From Gammaproteobacteria bacterium (GTDB lineage Bacteria > Pseudomonadota > Gammaproteobacteria > Tethybacterales > Persebacteraceae): DNA of 64,000 nt. The translations under genes were made by a program, and so were the position numbers. This document shows positions 30,096-38,755 of this stretch, piece after piece; the stretch's first letter is position 1; each line of letters begins with the position of its first letter. The notes beneath the pieces were generated by a model that saw only the letters and a program-made list of their open reading frames with translations, made no database searches and had not been told where the DNA came from. The DNA lies in contig OZ244916.1 in NCBI GenBank assembly GCA_965221835.1, positions 417,772-481,771 on the forward strand, in the 5' to 3' direction.

Positions 30096-31502
30096 ATGTA
30101 CGATTTATTGCGAAATGCGATTTTGGCGGCGGCGCTTTGTCTTGCCGGAATCGCGTCCGCCCAAAGTTTGCCGTCCGATGTGCGCGCGATAATGAAACGA
30201 CACGGCATTTCGCCCTCCCGCGCCGGCGTTGTCGTCCGCTATGTCGGCGAAGATGCGCCGCTTTTGTCGCATCGTGCGGACAACGCATTCAATCCGGCGT
30301 CGTTGACAAAACTGCCGCTGGCGTTTGCGGCGTTTGACATTCTCGGTCCGAATCATAAATGGAAAACGGTTTTTGCGCGCAACGGCGAAATCCGCAACGG
30401 CGTTTTGCACGGCGATTTGATTATTATCGGCGGCGGAGACCCGCATTTGACAATGGAGCGATTTGTCGCGCAAATTAACGACTTACGCAGCCGCGGTTTG
30501 CGCGCATTTACCGGCGCGCTAATTATAGACGATACGCTTTTTTCGTTGCCGCCGCACGACAATGCGGCATTTGACGGCGCACCCAACAAACCATACAATG
30601 CCGCCGGTGCCGCGCTGGCGGTCAATTTCAACTCCCATAAAATTGTGTTGTCGCCATCGGCGGCGGGAACGAATGTGTATGTGGAACCGCCGAACGAAAA
30701 TTTTGTTATAGACAACAAAATCCAAAACGGGCGGACTCGTTGTCGTAATTGGCGTGGACGAATTTCCGAACGCTATCTCGGCGATGTCAACAAAATTACG
30801 CTGCAATTGCGCGGCAGATTTTCGCCCCGTTGCGGCGAACAGTCGTTTTATACGAGTGCGTTGTCGCATGCGGCGAATGCGGCGGGCGTATTTGGTGCGG
30901 TGTGGCAGCGGCTGGGAGGAGAATGGCGGGGAGAATGGCGGACGGCGAAAGCACCGCAAACCGCCGAAACAATTGCGACATTTGAATCGCTGCCGATAGC
31001 GTCCGCAGTTGCGGCAATGAATAAATTCAGCAACAATGTCATCGCGCGCAACATTTTTTTGTCGCTGGCGGCGGCGGGCGGCGAAACGCCTTATACGCCC
31101 GATTCCGCGCGCACCGTTTTCAACAAATGGATGCGCGATGCGGGCATTTCCGGCGATTTTTATGTGGACAACGGCAGCGGACTTTCGCGAGAAGGAAGAA
31201 TGACGGCGGGGCAGTTTGCCGAAATATTGGCGCAAATCGCAGCACATCCGTTGCGTGCCGAAATCATTTCCTCGTTGCCGTTATTGGGGGCGGACGGCAC
31301 TCTGGCGAATCGCTTGCGAAAAACCGCCTACGGGCGAGGACACTTAAAAACCGGCAGTTTGAACGGTGTCAAAAATATCGCCGGTTTTTTGCGCGATGAT
31401 TCGGGACGCGAAATTATTTTTGTCTGTTTGGTCAACGGCGGCGGTGCCTCCGCCCGCCGCTTTCAAGACGCAATGATCAAATGGGCGATTACGCGAAAAT
31501 GA
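30096..31502 (+). CDS. dacB: D-alanyl-D-alanine carboxypeptidase/endopeptidase PBP4
   Basis: Signal peptide; PASLTK (SxxK), SNN, DNGSGLSR, KTG motifs. Confidence 0.93.
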   Translation: MYDLLRNAILAAALCLAGIASAQSLPSDVRAIMKRHGISPSRAGVVVRYVGEDAPLLSHRADNAFNPASLTKLPLAFAAFDILGPNHKWKTVFARNGEIRNGVLHGDLIIIGGGDPHLTMERFVAQINDLRSRGLRAFTGALIIDDTLFSLPPHDNAAFDGAPNKPYNAAGAALAVNFNSHKIVLSPSAAGTNVYVEPPNENFVIDNKIQNGRTRCRNWRGRISERYLGDVNKITLQLRGRFSPRCGEQSFYTSALSHAANAAGVFGAVWQRLGGEWRGEWRTAKAPQTAETIATFESLPIASAVAAMNKFSNNVIARNIFLSLAAAGGETPYTPDSARTVFNKWMRDAGISGDFYVDNGSGLSREGRMTAGQFAEILAQIAAHPLRAEIISSLPLLGADGTLANRLRKTAYGRGHLKTGSLNGVKNIAGFLRDDSGREIIFVCLVNGGGASARRFQDAMIKWAITRK

Positions 31503-31519
31503 TAGCGTTTTTTCGCGAA

Positions 31520-32142
31520 AAATAAATTTTTGGAATTTCCGCAAAATGACCGAAAAAACCCCCGTCATTCCCGCGAAAGCGGGAATCCATTATGGGCGAT
31601 TAATTTTGGAGTTTCGCGAATTTTACGCAAAAATTAAGTTTGGAATTTCCGCGCATTTTTTTGTGAAAAACGAGGTGAATGCGGGAGTTTGTCGGTAAAA
31701 ATGGATTCCCGCTTTCGCGGGAATGACGGCGGGAATCCGCACATTTTACGCGAAAAATTAATTTTGGAATTCCCGCAAAATGACCGAAAAAAACCCCGTC
31801 ATTCCCGCGAAAGCGGGAATCCATTCGGGGAGATTAATTTTAGAATTTCGCGAATTTTACGCGAAAATTAAGTTTGGAATTTTCGCGCATTTTTTTGTGA
31901 AAAACGAGGTGAATGCGGGAATTTGTCGGTAAAAATGGATTCCCGCTTTCGCGGGAATGACGGCGGGAATCCGCACATTTTACGCGAAAAATTAATTTTG
32001 GAATTTCCGCGCGTTTTTTGTGAAAAACGAGGTGAATGCGGGAATTTGTCGGTGAAAATGGATTCCCGCTTTCGCGGGAATGACGGCGGGAATCCGCACA
32101 TTTTACGCGAAAAATTAATTTTGGAATTCCCGCAAAACGACC
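31520..32142. repeat. Left array of dRS3/CGTC-type palindromes GTCATTCCCGCGAAAGCGGGAATCCAT (5 copies) with repeated spacers
   Basis: Copies at 31564 (F), 31701 (R), 31798 (F), 31935 (R), 32058 (R). Confidence 0.95.
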
Positions 32143-32177
32143 AAAAAAAAGCGGCGAGTTTCCCCGCCGCCTTTTTT
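32143..32177. terminator. Probable bidirectional intrinsic terminator
   Basis: A8-GCGGCG-N8-CGCCGC-C-T6 just after the stop of the Cys-rich gene. Confidence 0.7.
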
Positions 32178-32186
32178 CTCCCGAAA

Positions 32187-33947
32187 TTAAAACCGATGAA
32201 TCGCGTTTATTTGGAATCGGGCGGTTTCGGAAAAGTTGTTTGCGTTTTCCCATTTGAATCCGGCGGAGGGGCGGATTTGCCAATTGTTATAACGGAATTC
32301 GCTTTGCAAATTTAACGAGTTTTGCGTGTCAAACTCGTTATCGGCATATTCGGAATGCAATCGGTAAACCGGCGATATATTCCAAACTCCGCCCGTGAGA
32401 TTTGCCGACAGCGAAAAATCATAATCGGCAGTTTCGCCCGCAACCGATTCGGAAAATGCCGCCGCCCAAAAATCCGCCGTGTATTTTCCGCCGCTTGTGT
32501 AGCGAAAATCAGCGAATTCGCCGTTTGCGTTTGCTTGTTTTGCGGAATAATAAAAATGCCATTTATCTTTTCGCAAATCCATCCGTCCGCCCGCATTTGC
32601 GGAATATCCGCTTTCGGTTATGGAATAGTCGAAATCGGGCGAGAATGAAAACAGCGAAAAATCGCCGCCTGCAACATAAGTCGCCGCCGCTGCGATAATA
32701 AAAATGCCCGCCCCGATATATGCGAATTCTTTCGGTCTGCCGCTTCCATTTTGCGTTGCGGCGTTCGGATTGGTCGCACTGCAAAAGCCGGTTTCGGTTG
32801 CGGCGGAATCGTAAAACGGCAACTCCGTCAAACTATTGCAATCCGTTTGCCCTGTCGCCGCACGGCAGGAAAAGGCGTTTTCGCCATCGTCTTGCAATAT
32901 CGGCAATTCATCGGTTGCACATTCGCATTCATTTTGAGCATTTGCCGTTCCCGTCGTTGCCGTTCCGCAAGTCGGCGGCGGGGGCGGAGTTTCGCACATT
33001 TGCATATTGGAACCAGATACGAAAACATCCCCTTCGGTTGCACATTCGCATTGATTTTGAGTTGCCGTTCCCGTCGTTCCATCTCCGCAAGTCCGAATCT
33101 CTTCGCATCGGTTGGGAGAAACGGCGTCGTTAAAAAATTCGTCCGGGCAATCGGCGGCGTTTCGGGGAGCACGGCAGGAAAATGTATTTTCGCGTTCTTC
33201 CAAAATCGGAAATGCGGAGTTAAGACATTCGCAAACTCCCGCATCGTTTAATGTTGCATTGTCGGTGCAATTCGGGGCGGTGTTTGTGCAAATTTGGGTT
33301 CTCGGATTAAAATACATGTACCCTTCATCCATGCACTCTTCCAAACTTTCCGCCGCACGGCAACTCTCCGCATCTATCGGAATCTGAGCATCAGTCGCAC
33401 AATCGCAGTTTCCATCGCCGTCTCCATCCGTAAATGTCGTGCCTTCGCCGCAATTCAAGGTGGGTTCATCACGCATAGTGCATTCATCCGCTTGCGGAAA
33501 TCTTGGATCGCTCGTATCCTCCGCCGCATCACCATCGCCGCAAAATCTCATATTGGTTACTGGAATTAAATTAGTCGTACACAGGGCTCCTTCATTGCCC
33601 GCTTGGCATATTGCAAGAAGGTTATCATAAGCGAGTCGTCTTGTTCCTTCCGCATGTTTAAGGAACGAAACATTATTAAAAGTCACAACTTGATTGTTTC
33701 CAAATCTGTGAATTCGGTCTGCATCCGTTGTGTTGCAAAGGGCGGTATCACCTAAAAAGTTGGCAATGCAATGTGCCCTCGCCGCATTTTCCGCAGCATC
33801 GGCGGTATCATAATCGACGAATATGTAAACTTCGACTCTATCTGGGTCTGGATTAAGATAAAATCCGAATGCCGCCGCATTTTGCGAAAATCCTGCCGCA
33901 AATAAAACGGCGGCGGCGATGATGATTTTTTTGATTGTGTTTTTCAT
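32187..33947 (-). CDS. Secreted Cys-rich (EGF-like repeat) surface protein with C-terminal beta-barrel-like domain, 586 aa
   Basis: GAGGAG RBS; Sec signal MKNTIKKIIIAAAVLFAAGFSQNAAA; 28 Cys with four CxC modules; hydrophobic segment, then aromatic alternating strands ending in F. Confidence 0.85.
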   Translation of the reverse strand: MKNTIKKIIIAAAVLFAAGFSQNAAAFGFYLNPDPDRVEVYIFVDYDTADAAENAARAHCIANFLGDTALCNTTDADRIHRFGNNQVVTFNNVSFLKHAEGTRRLAYDNLLAICQAGNEGALCTTNLIPVTNMRFCGDGDAAEDTSDPRFPQADECTMRDEPTLNCGEGTTFTDGDGDGNCDCATDAQIPIDAESCRAAESLEECMDEGYMYFNPRTQICTNTAPNCTDNATLNDAGVCECLNSAFPILEERENTFSCRAPRNAADCPDEFFNDAVSPNRCEEIRTCGDGTTGTATQNQCECATEGDVFVSGSNMQMCETPPPPPTCGTATTGTANAQNECECATDELPILQDDGENAFSCRAATGQTDCNSLTELPFYDSAATETGFCSATNPNAATQNGSGRPKEFAYIGAGIFIIAAAATYVAGGDFSLFSFSPDFDYSITESGYSANAGGRMDLRKDKWHFYYSAKQANANGEFADFRYTSGGKYTADFWAAAFSESVAGETADYDFSLSANLTGGVWNISPVYRLHSEYADNEFDTQNSLNLQSEFRYNNWQIRPSAGFKWENANNFSETARFQINAIHRF

Positions 33948-33980
33948 TTGTTTTCTCCTCTGATTAAAAATGTCTGCGAA

Positions 33981-33989
33981 AGTATAACA
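33981..33989 (-). promoter_or_regulatory. Extended -10 promoter (TGnTATACT) of the Cys-rich protein gene
   Basis: TGTTATACT about 34 nt upstream of the ATG; TTGCAA further upstream (19-nt spacer). Confidence 0.6.
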
Positions 33990-34009
33990 CACATTCCGCC
34001 CGAATTTGC

Positions 34010-34880
34010 AAAAGGCGGGAATTGAATCGGACGGCGGCGGACGGCGGAATTCCGCGAAAAATGGCGGAATTCCGCAAAAAAAACCCCGCAATTCCCGCCG
34101 AAAAAACCCCGTCATTCCCGCCGCAAAAACCCCGCAATTCCCGCCGAAAACAAGAAAAAACCCCCGTCATTCCCGCGAAAGCGGGAATCCATTTTGAGGA
34201 ACAAAACTGCGAATTCACCTCTTTTTTCCACAAAAAAATGCGCGGGAATTCCAAAATTAATCGCCCTGAATGGATTCCCGCTTTCGCGGGAATGACGGCG
34301 GGGAGGGCGGGAATTCGGCGGCGAAAATCGGACGGCGGCGGGCGGCGGAATTCCACAAAAAAACGGCGTGAACGCGGGATTTATCGGCGAAAATGGATTC
34401 CCGCTTTCGCGGGAATGACGGCGGGGAGGGCGGGAATTCGGCGGCGAAAATCGGACGGCGGCGGGCGGCGGAATTCCACAAAAAAACGGCGCGAACACGG
34501 GAATTTGTCGGCGAAAATGGATTCCCGCTTTCGCGGGAATGACGGCGGGGAGGGCGGGAATTCGGCGGCGAAAATCGGACGGCGGCGGGCGGCGGAATTC
34601 CACAAAAAAACGGCGTGAACACGGGAATTTATCGGCGAAAATGGATTCCCGCTTTCGCGGGAATGACGGCGGGGAGGGCGGGAATTCGGCGGCGAGAATC
34701 GGACGGCGGCGGGGGAGATTCCGATTTACATCGGAATGGTAAAAAATGACGGCGGCGGGGGAGATTCCGATTTACATCGGAATGGTAGAAATTGGAAATT
34801 AGGAAAAAAGAACCTTCCATTCCGGCGAACGCCGGAATCTCTGCGGGAGATTCCGATTTACATCGGAATGGTAAAAAATG
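34010..34880. repeat. Right array: 5 dRS3/CGTC-type palindromes (123-124 bp tandem period) plus 4 variant palindromes
   Basis: Main copies at 34166 (F), 34270, 34393, 34517, 34641 (R); ATTCCGAT-TTAC-ATCGGAAT at 34718, 34764, 34850; ATTCCGGC-GAAC-GCCGGAAT at 34819. Confidence 0.95.
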
Positions 34881-34934
34881 TCGGGCGAGGAGGGAACGCG
34901 GGAATGGAATCTGCGTAGGCGGTATAATTTGGGG

Positions 34935-36695
34935 ATGGATGCGGATGTTGCGATTATTGGGGGCGGGGCGGCGGGATTGAGTGCGGCGTTGTCGTTGCCG
35001 TCTTCGTTGCGTGTGGCGGTATTTTCTAAACGGGCGTTGGGGGAGTGCGCAAGTGCGAGGGCGCAAGGCGGAGTTGCGGCGGCATTATCCGCTGCCGACA
35101 ATACCGATTCGCATTTTGCCGATACGATTCGTGCCGGCGATGGACTCTGCAACGAAACGGTCGCCCGTGCAATAATAGAAGATGCGCCTGCTGCAATTGA
35201 TTTTCTTCGCATAAACGGCGTGCAATTTAATCGCGACAAAAAAGGAGAATTCGCGCTTGGAATGGAAGGCGGGCACTCGGCGAGGCGTATTGCGCATGTG
35301 GATGATGCGACCGGTGCGGCGATTGTTTCCGCCCTTGCGATGCGGGCGCAAATGCGCGACAATATTCGTTTTTATACGCAGCATATTGCGGTAAATCTTT
35401 TTTCGGATGGCGATTGTCGCGGATTTTATGCGTTGGATTTGGGCGGCGGAAAAATTGAATCGGTCAATGCGCGGGCGGTAGTTTTGGCGTGCGGCGGTGC
35501 GGGAAAGGCGTATTTATATGCGACAACGCCGCGCGATGCGACGGGGGACGGTGTGGCGATGGCGTATCGGGCGGGTTGTGCGATAACGAATATGGAGTTT
35601 GTGCAATTTCATCCGACTTGTTTGTATCATCCGCTGGCGGATTCGTTTTTGATTACTGAGGCGTTTCGGGGCGAAGGTGCAAGATTGTGCGATGGCGGCG
35701 GCAACTTTTTTATGGAAAATAGCGGTGCGGATGAGCTTTCGCCGCGCGATATTGTTGCCCGTGCGATAGATGCGGAAATGAAAAGCAGCGGTGCCGATTG
35801 CGTTTATTTGGATTTGTCGGCGCATTCGCCCGATTTTTGGCGGCAGCGTTTTCCGACGGTAATGGCGCGATGCGAATCGCTGGGTTTGGATGTTGCAACG
35901 CGCATTCCGGTGGTACCGGCGGCGCATTATTGTTGCGGCGGAGTACGCGCCGATTTGTGCGGGCGCACCGATTTGCCGGGGCTTTTTGCGATTGGCGAAA
36001 CGGCGGGAAATGGTTTGCATGGTGCGAATCGTTTGGCGAGTAATTCGCTTTTGGAATGTGTTGTTGCCGCCCGCCGTGCTGCACAAACGGCGGCGGAAGA
36101 GTTGCGTCCGTGCGGCGAAATTCCGCCGTGGGACGAAAGGCGAATTTCGCCTGCCGCCGAAAATGTGATGGTTGCGCATAACTGGGAGGAGTTGCGCCGC
36201 CTGATGTGGGATTATGTCGGGGTGGCGCGCAGTGATGAACGGCTGATTCGCGCGCGCCGCCGGATAGAATGGATTGGCGCGGAAATTGAAGAGTATTATC
36301 GGCGGCATGCGGTCAGTCGCGATTTTTTGGAGTTGCGAAATCTGGCGCAGTGCGCCGAACTCGTCATAGAAGGCGCGCTGGCACGGCGCGAAAGTCGCGG
36401 CTTGCATTTCAATATTAATTGTCCGCGCCGATTTTCGCGCGCCGCCGATACGGTTTTATGCAGCGATGATTTCATTCGCCGCGGGCGGGCGATAAACCGC
36501 AAATGCCCGTTTTCGGGGCGTCCGATAGTTGCGGGCGGGCTTACGGATTATCGCGGGCAAATCGCAGGTTTTTGCAATCCGGGATGTCGCGACAAATTTG
36601 CCGCCGCCGCCGCAAAGGGATTTTCGGGTGCGTCTGCAAAAATATTATCGGCGCGGGACGAATTAAATAAACGAATTGACGGCGCGGGCGTATAA
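34935..36695 (+). CDS. nadB: L-aspartate oxidase with C-terminal YHS-like domain
   Basis: GGGAAG, AQGGVAA, EGGHSARRIAH, EFVQFHPT, LITEAFRGEG, PAAHYCCGG, GLHGANRLASNSLLE, RRESRGLH. Confidence 0.93.
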   Translation: MDADVAIIGGGAAGLSAALSLPSSLRVAVFSKRALGECASARAQGGVAAALSAADNTDSHFADTIRAGDGLCNETVARAIIEDAPAAIDFLRINGVQFNRDKKGEFALGMEGGHSARRIAHVDDATGAAIVSALAMRAQMRDNIRFYTQHIAVNLFSDGDCRGFYALDLGGGKIESVNARAVVLACGGAGKAYLYATTPRDATGDGVAMAYRAGCAITNMEFVQFHPTCLYHPLADSFLITEAFRGEGARLCDGGGNFFMENSGADELSPRDIVARAIDAEMKSSGADCVYLDLSAHSPDFWRQRFPTVMARCESLGLDVATRIPVVPAAHYCCGGVRADLCGRTDLPGLFAIGETAGNGLHGANRLASNSLLECVVAARRAAQTAAEELRPCGEIPPWDERRISPAAENVMVAHNWEELRRLMWDYVGVARSDERLIRARRRIEWIGAEIEEYYRRHAVSRDFLELRNLAQCAELVIEGALARRESRGLHFNINCPRRFSRAADTVLCSDDFIRRGRAINRKCPFSGRPIVAGGLTDYRGQIAGFCNPGCRDKFAAAAAKGFSGASAKILSARDELNKRIDGAGV

Positions 36696-36708
36696 AATTC
36701 AGTTTCCG

Positions 36709-38061
36709 ATGCGCGATTTATATTTGCACAACACGCTTTCTAACCGCCGCGAAGTTTTTACGCCGCGCGATGAGTCGCGCATAACGATGTATGTTTGCGG
36801 TCCGACTGTTTACGGACCGGTGCATATCGGCAATGCGCGTCCGGCGGCGGTTTTTGATTTGCTGTTTCGTCTTTTGCGCCGCCGCTACGGCGAAGAGGCG
36901 GTTTTGTACGCGCGCAACATTACCGATATTGACGACAAAATTATTGCCGCCGCCGCCGCCGCAAACGAATCGCCCGCCGCGCTTGCAGATCGTTGGCGGG
37001 ATTTGTATCGGGCGCAAATGCGTCTTTTGCACACGCTGCCGCCGACTTCGGAACCTTGTGCAGTCGCGTTTATTCCGCGCATGATAAAAATGATTGAAGT
37101 ATTGATTCAAAAAGGATTTGCATATTCGGCGGAAAATCATGTTTTGTTTCATGCGCCGTCTTTTGCCGATTATGGCGCGTTGTCTAATCGCCGTCCGGAA
37201 GATATGCGCGCCGGGGCGCGGGTGGAAGTCGCGCCTTATAAAAAAGACGCCGCCGATTTTGTTTTGTGGAAACCGTCCGCCGAAGATGCGCCCGGCTGGG
37301 AAAGTCCGTGGGGACGCGGACGTCCCGGCTGGCATATAGAATGTTCGGCGATGGCGGCGGCGTGTCTCGGCGAAAAAATTGATTTGCACGGCGGCGGGCA
37401 GGATTTAATTTTTCCGCATCACGAAAACGAAATCGCGCAAAGTCGTTGCGCCGCCGGTAGCGATTCGTTTGCGAACTATTGGATGCATAACGGACATGTA
37501 ACGATGGAAGGCGACAAAATGTCAAAGTCGCTCGGCAATACAATTTTATTGTCCGATGCGCTGGCGCAAGCGCCGGGGGAAGTCGCGCGATATGCGTTGT
37601 TGGCGGCGCATTATCGCAGTCCGTTGCATTGGGGCGGGCGCGTTTTGGAAGAAGCGAAAAGGGCGTTGGATCGCTTGTATCGGGCGCTCGGCGACAATCC
37701 GCCGCCGGCGGGAGATGATGAAGAAATCGCGGCGGCATTGTCGGACGATTTGAATACGCCGCGCGCATTTGCGTTGTTGCACGAGTTTGCGCGGGACGCG
37801 AACAAAGGCGGCGAAGCGCGGGCGAAGTTGTTTGCTGCCGGGCGATTACTCGGATTTTTCAATACCTCGGCGGCGCAATGGTTTCATTCTTCGCCGGACG
37901 GTGCGATTGCGGATGACGAAATAGAATCGCTAATTCAACAGCGCGACAATGCGCGCGCGGTGCGGGATTTTGCGGCGGCGGATGTCTTGCGCAAAAAACT
38001 TGACGCACTCGGAATCGCGTTGGAAGATTCGCCGGACGGCACAAAATGGCGAAGACAATAA
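36709..38061 (+). CDS. cysS: Cysteine--tRNA ligase
   Basis: YVCGPTVY, HIGNAR, NITDIDDKII, GRPGWHIECSAM, FPHHENE, KMSKS. Confidence 0.97.
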   Translation: MRDLYLHNTLSNRREVFTPRDESRITMYVCGPTVYGPVHIGNARPAAVFDLLFRLLRRRYGEEAVLYARNITDIDDKIIAAAAAANESPAALADRWRDLYRAQMRLLHTLPPTSEPCAVAFIPRMIKMIEVLIQKGFAYSAENHVLFHAPSFADYGALSNRRPEDMRAGARVEVAPYKKDAADFVLWKPSAEDAPGWESPWGRGRPGWHIECSAMAAACLGEKIDLHGGGQDLIFPHHENEIAQSRCAAGSDSFANYWMHNGHVTMEGDKMSKSLGNTILLSDALAQAPGEVARYALLAAHYRSPLHWGGRVLEEAKRALDRLYRALGDNPPPAGDDEEIAAALSDDLNTPRAFALLHEFARDANKGGEARAKLFAAGRLLGFFNTSAAQWFHSSPDGAIADDEIESLIQQRDNARAVRDFAAADVLRKKLDALGIALEDSPDGTKWRRQ

Positions 38062-38300
38062 TCGCGTTTTTGGATGATTGCGCGCGGCGATTTGCGTTGA
38101 CGCTTATTCATTTTTATCGGCTTTTTTTGTCGCCGTTTTTGGGCGGCGGTTGCCGTTTTTCGCCGACATGTTCCGATTATGCACGGCGCGTTTTTGAGAC
38201 GCATCGCGCACCGGTTGCGTTGTGGCTGACTTTGCGCCGGTTGTTGCGTTGTCATCCGCTTTGTGCGGGCGGCGAAGATCCGCCGCCGCGCGCGGAATAA
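38046..38300 (+). CDS. yidD: Membrane protein insertion efficiency factor YidD
   Basis: YRLFLSP, CRFSPTCS-x-YA, RLLRCHP-x3-GG-x-DPPP. Confidence 0.92.
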   Translation: MAKTIIAFLDDCARRFALTLIHFYRLFLSPFLGGGCRFSPTCSDYARRVFETHRAPVALWLTLRRLLRCHPLCAGGEDPPPRAE

Positions 38301-38302
38301 GA

Positions 38303-38671
38303 TTAGCGGATTTCTATTTTGCGCCCGACTTCGGCTTTGGATTTTGGTACGACGACCGTGAGAACGCCGTTTTTGACGGACGCTTCAATGCCTTCGGAAT
38401 CTACCCGCCGCGGTAGTTGGATGACGCGTTTGAATTCGCCGGAAATGCGTTCGCGATGCACGGTATTGCCGCCGGATTTTTGGAACTTCGCGCCGATAAA
38501 AAGCGTGTTATTTTCTACGCTGATATTTATATCGTCGCGTTCCGCGCCCGGAATATCGGCGTGTATGCGATATTTTTCTTTGTCTTCTTCCACATCCACC
38601 GGAAAGGCGGCGGTGCGGTCAAGTTCGCGAAAAAAACGCGAGAATGGTTCGTAAATGCTGATTTCGTTCAT
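38303..38671 (-). CDS. Small heat-shock protein Hsp20/alpha-crystallin
   Basis: PVDVEE, ADIPG, RERISGEFKR-x-IQLP, NGVLTVVVPK; GGAG RBS; CTTGAA upstream may be a sigma-32 -35 box. Confidence 0.92.
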   Translation of the reverse strand: MNEISIYEPFSRFFRELDRTAAFPVDVEEDKEKYRIHADIPGAERDDINISVENNTLFIGAKFQKSGGNTVHRERISGEFKRVIQLPRRVDSEGIEASVKNGVLTVVVPKSKAEVGRKIEIR

Positions 38672-38755
38672 GATAGTTACTCCTTTTTTTGTTAATATTT
38701 ATGTCAACACTTTATTTATAATGTCGGGGCGGCGATTTTTCAAGATGAGAAACGA

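Noticed and set aside
31600-34742. ORFs containing MDSRFRGND / WIPAFAGMT / RHSRESGNP
   Set aside because: These are translations of the palindromic repeat in several frames, with no RBS or coding signal.
34166-34880. CRISPR array (regularly spaced palindromic repeats)
   Set aside because: Spacers are about 97 bp and near-identical to each other, repeat orientation flips, and no cas genes are present.
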